Shown here: positions 29,801 to 41,800 of the stretch, in pieces
How the letters are laid out: every line of letters starts with the position of its first letter
How positions within the stretch are numbered: the first letter of the stretch is position 1
DNA from: Nemertoderma westbladi
Lineage: Eukaryota > Animalia > Xenacoelomorpha
Assembly: GCA_032718475.1 (NCBI GenBank)
Contig: JAUCBJ010001977.1
Coordinates: forward strand, 70,305 to 134,304
Length of the DNA stretch: 64,000 nt
Direction of reading: 5' to 3'
Translations under genes and position numbers: made by a program
The notes under the pieces: generated by a model
What the model was told of the DNA's origin: nothing
Databases searched by the model: none
Seen by the model: only the letters and a program-made list of their open reading frames with translations

Positions 29801-32800
29801 ATATACTAACTCTGGGTCCGATACACTAACTATGGGTCCGATATACTAACTGTGGGTCCGATATACTAACTCTGGGTCCGATTTACTAACTCTGGGGGTA
29901 CGATATACTAACTATGGGTCCGATACACTAACTATGGGTCCGATATACTAACTCTGTGTACGATATACTAACTCTGGGTCCGATATACTAACTCTGGGTC
30001 CGATATACTAACTCTGGGTCCGATATACTAACTCTGGGTCCGATATACTAACTCTGGGTCCGATATACTAACTCTGGGTCCGATATACTAACTATGGGTC
30101 CGATATACTAACTATGGGTCCGATATACTAACTCTGGGTCCGATATACTAACTCTGGGTCCGATATACTAACTATGGGTCCGATATACTAACTATGGGTC
30201 CGATATACTAACTCTGGGTCCGATATACTAACTGTGGGTCCGATATACTAACACATGACAGATGGCGCCGACAGTGGGGTGGGTGGTAACCACATGAGAC
30301 TAAATTAAGTGACATGCTACATGTCGTCAGTATATTAATTGGGGAGGGAGTGAGTTGGGGTACCTAAATTATAATGCTTTATATTCTCATAAATTCTCAT
30401 GACTCCACTATAAGTCGCCAGTCAAATAGTTATGACGATACATGCAAAAAGGATGAAAAAACTATTAAGGGAGATTTCATAAAGAAAAACAATGACAACT
30501 GGTATGTAACGAATCTACGAAAATTAATCATAAGCCGTCCATCAAGATTTATCGATTAAATTATGAAGCCAACGAAGAAGCAATGGGTTAGTCTATTCAT
30601 ACAATGAAAGCGTACGTGTACCAACAATATGGACGACTCAATCACTACAGGTTAAACATAATGTTAATGGTAGTCATGGCAAATACTGATTTTCTTACTT
30701 ACTGGTTGCCATGGCACCTACCAATGGAGACGCAGGCAACAGGCCCTGAATGCAACAGAAAGAAAATGTTAGTACCGGGTCCACAAAAAGTTAGCGCGAA
30801 ATAATATCAATATAAATAATATTATTAGATTATTGGAATCTACTTCTATAAATAATAAATAATATGACGGACATGTTAGAAAGCCTATTTTAGATTTCAA
30901 TTTAATCAATTGACTTTATTCTGCGTGTACTCTAGGTAGGCTTTACTGTGTACTGATACTGCTTTACAGTAGGTAGGCTTTACTGTGTACTGATGTACTG
31001 ATACTGCTTTACAGTAGGTAGGCTTTACTGTGTACTGATACTGCCGTTGGTAGGCTTTACTGTGTACTGATACTGCTTTACAGTAGGTAGGCTTTACTGT
31101 CTACTGATACTGCCGTTGGTAGGCTTTACTGTGTACTGATACTGCTTTACAGTAGGTAGGCCTTACTGTGTACCTATACTGCTGTTGGTAGGCTTTACTG
31201 TGTACTGATACTGCTTTACAGTAGGTAGGCCTTACTGTGTACTGATACTGCTGTTGGTAGGCTTTACTGTGTACTGATACAGCTTTACATTAGGTAGGCT
31301 TTACTGTGTACTGATACTGCTGTTGGTAGGCTTTACTGTGTACTTATACTGCTGCAGGTAGGCTTTACTGTGTACTGATACTGCTTTACAGTAGGTAGGC
31401 TTTACTGTCTACTGATACTGCCGTTGGTAGGCTTTACTGTGTACTGATACTGCTTTACAGTAGGTAGGCCTTACTGTGTACCTATACTGCTGTTGGTAGG
31501 CTTTACTGTGTACTGATACTGCTTTACAGTAGGTAGGCCTTACTGTGTACTGATACTGCTGTTGGTAGGCTTTACTGTGTACTGATACTGCTTTGCAGTA
31601 GGTATGCTTTACTGTATACTGATACTGCTGTTGGTAGGCTTTACTGTATACTGATACTGCTGTTGGTAGGCTTTACTGTATACTGATACTGCTGCAGGAC
31701 GGCTTTACTGTATACTGATACTGCTGTTGTTAGGCTTTACTGTGTACTGATACTCCTGCAGGACGGCTGTACTGTGTACTGATACTGCTGTTTGTAAGCT
31801 TTACTGTGTACTGATACTGCTGTTTGTAAGCTTTACTGTGTACTGATACTGCTGTTGGTAGGCTTTACTGTGTTCTGATACTGCTGTTTGTAAGTTTTAC
31901 TGTGTACTGATACTGCTGTTGGTAGGCTTTACTGTGTTCTGATACTGCTTTACCATAGGTAGGCGTTACTGTGTGCTGTTACCATAGGAAGTGCTGAACG
32001 TAAGCTTTACTGTGTACCTGATCCTGCTGCAGGTAGGTTTTACTGTGTAATGATACTGCTGCACGTAAGATTTACTGAGTACTGATACTGCTGTGGGTAG
32101 GTTTTATTGTCTACCGATAATGATGTGATATATTAGGGACACTACCGATAATACTTTCGCCGTGAGGACCAGCCAGTGTCCAACATTGTGCTTAGGCGTC
32201 GTCATGAAGAGTATAAGCTTGGTGGACAGCCCATGACTTTTTAAAACGCCTCTTAAAGGACAGTGTCCTTGAAGATGCACATAATCTAATCTATTTACAA
32301 GTGATCTAAATAGGGTAACAACTTACCTTTGTTTTAAGTTCCGGATGTATGAGTACATATCCATTCTTGCTGAACATGTAGGTGTACCCATTAGCTCCGA
32401 GCTTACCGAAGTCGAAGTTATTGGTAAACGTAGGTCCCAATGGGATATCGATAGACATAACACCCTTGAGTGGTGGTTCGTTGGGTTGGCTAGCCACCCC
32501 AGCGGCCTCGTTCTTCATACGGCGGTAGACTGGTTTAGATACAGTTGTAACCAGTCCCAGACCCTGTGGTGTAGCAAGGTAAAAGATGCATCAGTAACCA
32601 GTCCCAGACCCTGTGGTGTAGCAAGGTAAGGATACATCGGTAACTAGTCCCAGATCCAGTGGTGTAACAAGCTAAACGATACATCGGTAACCAGTACCAG
32701 ACACTGTGGTGTATAGCAAGGTAAAAGATACATCGGTAACCAGTACCAGACACTGTGGTGTATAGCAAGGTAAAAGATACATCGGTAACCAGTCCCAGAC

Positions 32801-35800
32801 CCTGTAGTGTAGCAAGGTAAAAGATACATCGGTAACCAGTCCCAGACCCTGCGGTGTAGCAAGGTAAAAGATACATCGGTAACTAGTCTCAGACCCAGTG
32901 GTGTAGCAAGCTAAACGATACATCGGTAACCAGTACCAGACCCTGTGGTGTAGCAAGGTAAAAGATACATCGGTAACCTGTCCCAGACCCTGCGGTGTAC
33001 CAAGGTAAAAGATACATCGGTAACCAGTACCAGACCCTATGGTGTAGCAAGGTAAAAGATACATCGGTAACCAGTACCAGACCCTGTGGTGTAGCAAGGT
33101 AAAATATACATCGGTAACCAGTCCCAGACCCTGTGGAGTAGCATGGTAAAAGATACATCGGTAACCAGTACCAGACCCTGTGGTGTAGCAAGGTAAAAGA
33201 TACATCGGTAACCAGTACCAGACCCTGTGGTATACCAAGGTAAAAGATACATCGGTAACCAGACCCAGATCCTGTGGTGTAGCAAGGTATAATATACATC
33301 GGTAACCAGCCCCAGACCCTGTGGTGTAGCAAGGTAAAAGATACATCGGTAACCAGTCCCCACACAGTGGTGTATGTAGTAAGGTAAAAGATACATCAGT
33401 AACCAGTCCCATACACAGTGGTGTAGCAAGGTGAAGGATACATCGGTAACCAGTCACAGACACAGTGGTGTAGCAAGGTAAGGATACATCGGTAACCAGA
33501 AAAGATACATCGGTAACCAGGACCATACCCTGTGGTGTAGCAAGGTAAAAGATACATCGGTAACCAGTCCCAGATACAGTGGTATAGCAAGGTAAGGATA
33601 CATTGGTAACCAGAAAAGATACATCGGTAACCAGTCACAGACACAGTGGTGTAGCAAGGAAAGGATACATCGGTAACCAGTTCCAGACCCTGTGGTGTAG
33701 CAAGGTAAGGATACATCGGTAACCAGAAAAGATACATCGGTAGCCAGTCCCAGATACAGTGGTGTAGCAAGGTAAGGATACATCGGTAACCAGAAAAGAT
33801 ACATCAGTAAGCAGTCACAGACACAGTGGTGTAGCAAGGTAAAAGATACATCGGTAACCAGTACCAGACCCTGTGGTGTACCGAGATAAAAGATACATCG
33901 GTAACCAGTCTCAGACCCTGTGGTGTAGCAAGGTAAAAGATACATCGGGAACCAGTCCCAGACCCTGCGGTGTACCAAGGTAAAAGATACATCGGTAACC
34001 AGTACCAGACCCTATGGTGTAGCAAGGTAAAAGATACATCGGTAACCAGTCCCAGATCCTGTGGTGTAGCAAGGTAAAAGATACATCGGTAACCAGTACC
34101 AGACCCTATGGTGTAGCAAGGTAAAAGATACATCGGTAACCAGTCCCAGATCCTGTGGTGTAGCAAGGTAAAAGATACATCGGTAACCAGTCCCAGATCC
34201 TGTGATGTAGCAAGGTAAAAGATACATCGGTAACCAGTACCAGACCGTGTGGTGTAGCAAGGTAAGGATACATCGGTAACCAGTCCCAGATCCTGTGATG
34301 TAGCAAGGTAAAAGATACATCGGTAACCAGTACCAGACCGTGTGGTGTAGCAAGGTAAGGATACATCGGTAACCAGAAAAGATACATCGGTAACCAGTCC
34401 CAGATACAGTGGTGTAGCAAGGTAAGGATACATCGGTAACCAGTACCAGACCCTGTGGTGTACCGAGATAAAAGATACATCGGTAACCAGTCCCAGATCC
34501 TGTGGTGTAGCAAGGTAAAAGATACATCGGTAACCAGTACCAGACCCTGTGGTGTACCGAGATAAAAGATACATCGGTAACCAGTCTCAGACCCTGTGGT
34601 GTAGCAAGGTAAAAGATACATCGGGAACCAGTCCCAGACCCTGCGGTGTACCAAGGTAAAAGATACATCGGTAACCAGTACCAGACCCTGTGGTGTACCG
34701 AGATAAAAGATACATCGGTAACCAGTCTCAGACCCTGTGGTGTAGCAAGGTAAAAGATACATCGGGAACCAGTCCCAGACCCTGCGGTGTACCAAGGTAA
34801 AAGATACATCGGTAACCAGTACCAGACCCTATGGTGTAGCAAGGTAAAAGATAGATCGGTAACCAGTCCCAGATCCTGTGGTGTAGCAAGGTAAAAGATA
34901 CATCGGTAACCAGTACCAGACCCTGTGGTGTACCGAGATAAAAGATACATCGGGAACCAGTCTCAGACGCACACGATATTTTTCAGCAATACAATTGTAC
35001 GTTTTATGCAATATATTTCACAGCGACAACTTTTTACTCACCATTAAGTCGACATAAACGTCGGAGAAATGGATATCCGAGTAAGTTCCGGGCGGTGGGG
35101 GATTCAAAGCCGCAGGACGACTTAGAACCTAAAATATTAACAGATTATATTGACTTACAGAGAAAGGAATCACTTTACAGGTAATTAGAACCTACAATAT
35201 TAACCGATTATATTGACTTACAGAGAAAGGAATCACTTTACATGTAATTAGAACCTAAAATATTAACCGATTATATTGACTTACAGAGAAAGGAATCACT
35301 TTACATGTAATTAGAACCTAAAATATTAACAGATTACATTGACTTACAGAGAAAGGAATCACTTTACAGGTAATTAGAACCTAAAATATTAACCGATTAT
35401 ATTGACTTACAGAGAAAGGAATCACTTTACAGGTAATTAGAACCTAAAATATTAACCGATTATATTGACTTACAGAGAAAGGAATCACTTTACAGGTAAT
35501 TAGAACCTAAAATATTAACCGATTATATTGACTTACAGAGAAAGGAATCACTTTACAGGTAATTAGAACCTAAAATATTAACCGATTATATTGACTTACA
35601 TAGAAAGGAATCACTTTACAGGTAATTAGAACCTAAAATATTAACCGATTATATTGACTTACAGAGAAAGGAATCACTTTACAGGTAATTAGAACCTAAA
35701 ATATTAACAGATTATATTGACTTACAGAGAAAGGAATCACTTTACAAGTAATTAGAACCTAAAATATTAACCGATTATATTGACTTACAGAGAAAGGAAT

Positions 35801-38800
35801 CACTTTACAGGTAATTAGAACCTAAAATATTAACCGATTATATTGACTTACAGAGAAAGGAATCACTTTACAGGTAATTAGAACCTAAAATATTAACCGA
35901 TTATATTGACTTACAGAGAAAGGAATCACTTTACAGGTAATTAGAACCTAAAATATTAACCGATTATATTGACTTACAGAGAAAGGAATCACTTTACAGG
36001 TAATTAGAACCTAAAATATTAACCGATTATATTGACTTACAGAGAAAGGAATCACTTTACAAGTAATTAGAACCTAAAATATTAACCGATTATATTGACT
36101 TACAGAGAAAGGAATCACTCTACAGGTAATTAGAACCTAAAATATTAACCGATTATATTGACTTACAGAGAAAGGAATCACTTTACAGGTAATTAGAACC
36201 TAAAATATTAACAGATTATATTGACTTACAGAGAAAGGAATCACTCTACAGGTAATTAGAACCTAAAATATTAACCGATTATATTGACTTACAGAGAAAG
36301 GAATCACTTTACAGGTAATTAGAACCTAAAATATTAACCGATTATATTGACTTACAGAGAAAGGAATCACTTTACAAGTAATTAGAACCTAAAATATTAA
36401 CCGATTATATTGACTTACAGAGAAAGGAATCACTCTACAGGTAATTAGAACCTAAAATATTAACCGATTATATTGACTTACAGAGAAAGGAATCACTTTA
36501 CAGGTAATTAGAACCTAAAATATTAACCGATTATATTGACTTACAGAGAAAACAGGTAATTAGAACCTAAAATATTAACCGATTATATTGACTTACAGAG
36601 AAAGGAATCACTTTACAGGTAATTATAACCTAAAATATTAACCGATTATATTGACTTACAGAGAAAGGAATCACTTTACAGGTAATTATAACCTAAAATA
36701 TTAACCGATTATATTGACTTACAGAGAAAGGAATCACTTTACAGGTAATTAGAACCTAAAATCTGGGATTCACACTTCAAGAACGCAGAAGTAGTAGATA
36801 TCCGGCAACTACAGTCACAGACACCGACTTTGCGGATGACATCGCCCTGCTCTCTAATACGCTAGCAGATGCACAGCTTCTACTAAATAAAGTGGAGAGG
36901 GCTGCTAAGGAGGTTGGATTGCATATAAATGCTACCAAGACCGAATTCATGACCTTTAATGTTGATGGAAACTTGATAACCATTGATAATAATCAACTAA
37001 GGAAGGTCGATAACTTCCAGTACCTTGGATCATGGATAGAGAGTAGCAAAAAGGACATAGAAGTTAGGAAAGCAAAGGCTTGGGTAGCTCTATCAAAAAT
37101 GGATACCATCTGGAAATCAGATCTCTCCAGGCACCTGAAGACTAAGTTCTTTCGAGCCACAGTGGAAAGTGTATTTTTATACGGGGGTGAGACCTGGACA
37201 CCTACTAAAGCACTTGAACAACGAATTGATGGTTGCTACACAAGACTACTAAGGGCAGCAGCCCTAAACATCAGCTGGAGACAACACATGACAAACGCCG
37301 AGCTTTATGGTACAATACCACCTGTATCAACCACCCTCCGTGAACGCAGATTAAGATTCAGTGGGCACTGCTGGCGAAGTAAAGACGAGGTCATACCAGA
37401 TCTACTTCTCTGGCAACCAACTCATGGAAAGCGTAGTCGTGGACGACCGGCCATAACATATATAGATCAACTTGAAAGGGATACTGAACTTGGGAGAAAC
37501 GAAATTGCGACAACTATGGAGAATCGGGAAGCCTGGAAGGATCTCATTTCCACTGTCCGAGTTCGCTCGACCTAGTAGTAGTAGTAGAACCTAAAATATT
37601 AACCGATTATATTGAGGTATATAAAGGAATCACTCCCCCCCCCCCCCCCCCCCCCCTTCCCACGAATAAAATTCATAATTTATATGATGTGGAGTGTCTA
37701 TTTTTATCCGGAAGAGGTCATACAAAGTCAGTGGTAAAAAATTCAGAAAAACATTTACGTAGAAATCGCCCAAATCACGCCCACCTTAATAAATTCACCC
37801 AACCGCACCTTTCACTGACTGTTACCTATTACTGTTACTGTTACTATGGTTACCTATTACTGGCCCGGGGAACTCTAGTTTTAAATGTTTTCTGAAATGT
37901 TTACCTTATAATACTTCTGGATATTTTGTTTAAACAGCTGTGGGTCAGTAGCTGTAGGTCAGTTTAAACAGCTCTAACGCGGTGTGGTGTGGGTCAGTAG
38001 CACTGTTATATTGTGTTCAGCCAACGTTGGGGAGTGTGGTGTGGGTCAGTAGCACTGTTATATTGTGTTCAGCCAACGTTGGGGAGTGTGGTGTGGGTCA
38101 GTAGCACTGTTATATTGTGTTCAGCCAACGTTGGGGAGACCAAAGAAGAACACAAATTAAAATTTGAAAGTTTTCGTCTCCCTCTAGCGGCGGGGGCGGA
38201 ATTAAATATTTCACTAAAAACATTTAATATTTATCTAAATATTTTGATACCACTTTTTTGGACTTTTTTGGCATATTCGAATCTACAAAAACACTCTACT
38301 GCCGATTTTTTAAATTTTCAGATTTTTAATTAGAATAATTTTAATTTATTAAAATTCACAATAATGTTTGAACAAAATTTTTGATAAAATGTGCTGGAGG
38401 GTTTCTCAAGATCTTCAAAAAACATTTAAACGAGCCATAAATTATCGGATTTGTGTGAAAAATGGCGGAGTAGTATTTTGAAAAATTAAAAAAAAAACGA
38501 AAAATGAAATTGTGAGATAATTTGCTTTAAGTCTTAATAACAACTAATATATCTTCTGTCTGGTCTGTTAAATTTTCCAGAAATTTCAAATTTTTTGAAA
38601 AGTTTTTTTTCTATTTCATCTATAGCAGATTTTTATCAAGATTCCAAATATGAAAACCGTTTAGCAAGATCTGTCTTACTTCTCGAGATATGGCTGTCTG
38701 TCCGTTTTACTGTCGGTCTGTCCGTTAGTACAGTATGTCTCCAAAACAATAGAAAACATACTGTTTAAAAATTTTCCTATATGGGTTTTGTTGCTGCTGA

Positions 38801-41800
38801 GGTGGCCCTTGCGCTTTTAGTATACTTACTTTGCTTAATTTAGATTTAAAACGTACATTTTATTTTTTGTTAATTAATTTACAAAACTGATTTATTCACT
38901 AACATTTATGTGAAAGATTATCCTTTTCTATTTTATTGAGGCGCCCCCTAACGTCGCTATAGCCATATTTGTTCCGTTGTTGTAAAATGCCTCCTTATGC
39001 CTCATGGTGATGCTATTGGCTGCTCCAATCCGGCTTAACTCGTGACTAGACCTGTACCAGATTATATTCATTTACACCCCCGTCGGTTTTAATTGACCGG
39101 AAATTTTTACAATATCTAAATATCTAATATTCTAATCTAATATTCATTTAATATTCCATTTAAAATCAATTTATCATTCGTAATTGTTAAATTTATGATA
39201 CCTAAATATTCACTTATGATATAAATCTAATTGTTCACTTTATATAGTTATTTGCTGAAGTTAGTATTAATATAATATCGCGGATAAGAAAATACACTTT
39301 ATTTGACACCCAAACCAGGTAGGTCTCTATAATTGAACATTGTTGAGAATTTGGACAATCGTGTTAGATTTGTGTGTGCCGGCTTACATCCTAATCCATC
39401 AAATAATTACCGTATGCCGATATTTCCAATTAATAACACGAGTGAAAGCTTTAATATCGATAGTATCATGATTGAGCATTTTCACAGATTGAATATTATA
39501 AGGTAAAAATACGATTACTCTAAAGGGAAACACATTTCCAGTCTATAAGCCCTTACGTGAATAATTAGACATTATTTTACTTAATTATTGTGCCGCCTCA
39601 TTCTCGCGGGACTGTTTACTCTAGTGAATATAAATGATAATTTGTCGTCAGGAAACAAACAGATTAGTGAGCGAATCAGGGCGCCACCGGGACAGAGGGG
39701 ATATAAAGGACATTACAATTGTGGATACAACCATTTTTGATCAAATGCGCTAACAGGTTTTCTTGGTCCGTGACTTCCTTTCTGATGTCAGTATACAAAT
39801 TTGGTCTCGTCTTTTCTGTCTGTATGCCTGTCCGTCAAAATATAACCGCAAGCCTGACAGCCAAACAGGAAGTCATCAAATGTTGAAACTGATACTCGAA
39901 ATGAATTTTGCGACCAGGAAAATCGAAAATCCCTCGATAACTAAACTTTTAGCATGGTTTTGTGGTTTCGTGTAGCTATGGCCCTAATATTGACAGACAT
40001 TCATACATATTAACAGACAATTTTTGCGCGGGAAGGTTCAAACTTTATTGTTAAATCACTACTCCTCCGCCATTTTTCAACCAATCTGTAAGTATTTGGT
40101 ATCAAATGAAAGCTACTGTACTACGTGTCCGCAATATTAAAATTCGAGGTATTTTTATATTTGTAATTGTTCATCGGTTATAACAGTTTTTACGAACAAA
40201 AGTAATGGTGACATATAAAAATAAATTATATTTATATAATTGGGTCAATAAGCTTAAAAGTGGCCAATGGTTTGTCCGGAAGTTACGATATAATTTTAAA
40301 TGCTTTAATTTATTCGTATATATTAAAGTTATATATTATTTTGTAGCTAATTTATTTGCGCAGCTTACGCACAAAAAATTATGAAAATCTGTTAAGGCAG
40401 TCAAAAGATATGCCCCATCAAAGACTGAAATATCGTTAAAATCAGTTGTCCCTTACATGACAAGACCACAAACAACTGTAAATTTTATCACTCCAAGTGG
40501 CAAATATATAGAAAACCTATATATTGTTGGGAAGCTTAGATGTTTTGCTTTCTTTTCCGATATATTTCAGGCCATAATATTCATGTTGAACCATTTGAGA
40601 TCGATACATAAAATGGGCATGGATTGATTTTTCCATTTTTGTGTCACATCTGTAACATTTACGTCTAGAATCTGAAGTAGTAACTGTAGGTTTACAGTTT
40701 TGATATATTTAGAATCTACAGGGTTTCTAACATATATAGGCCAAATATCACATACAAAGGGTAAGGTAATCTCATTTGGGAAGCATTTATGTTTAACAAA
40801 GTCAATATAGAAAGCATAAACGTCCATATCTGTAACGCTACAAATGTGGCCATAGATTTTGATAATATTAATCTCATACAAGTATAATGGTACGTGTGGA
40901 AAGGCAATTTGAATTCATGCCGCATCAACCCCAAGAGTTAATGTGATAAATAAACACCTATGATGTATGGCGGTGGTAAGCGTTTTTGTCAACCATCTGT
41001 AACGCGTCACCGTTACAGTGCAGTGCATTACAGATAAGGGATGTCTCATCTGTAACGCATTATATAACCAGTTATCGATGCGTTACAGACTGTAGGTTTT
41101 CAGTCATATCTATATGACAGTCCTATCTGTAACGGAGTGTCACCCTGAAATACAATAAGGCATCACTGACAATATTTGAATGCCTACGCGTTTGATACGT
41201 TCTTCGTCTTCCTACTGACATCCTAACTGCTCATGGTAATGTGGTAGTGTAAGATGGGTAAGTGTAAAACGCGAATCCGGATCGGTACCCGGATTTTGAG
41301 GTTAAAACGCTGATCCGGATTTTCATGTAATCTGGAAATGAGTGCAAAATGCGAATTCAAGCTAATTTTCATTGTCCAATTGTTTCAATGTCAAGTGTTA
41401 CTGGATCCCGTAAGGGGAGTAAAACACGGATTCATGTTTATCTCTATCCGGGAAGAGGTGATTGTGGATTCTGGGGAGTAAAGCGCAGATTCACTTCACA
41501 TATGAAATTGTATAAATCCAGAGCTTCTGGGTCCGTGGTAAATAATTTAGGAATTAATTGCAAATATATACAATCTCTATCCTATTCATTTTATGTATTA
41601 ATAAAATGTGCTTTCTAAAAAATTTCGCTTTATTTCGTTTAGAATTGTAGAAGATACATTTCCTACAAACAGTGTTTTTTTTAACAAACAATTTATTGTA
41701 CAGACGGTCCTTTGCCCAATGTTTTGTTATTCGTTGTTCATCAATAGGCACCCTGCATAGGCGCGTAATTTATTACGACAATACTGATAGCAAAGGATCC

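Noticed and set aside
37635-37656. Poly-C run (and poly-G at ~61356-61382) as G-quadruplex regulatory sites
   Set aside because: Simple homopolymers with no supporting context.
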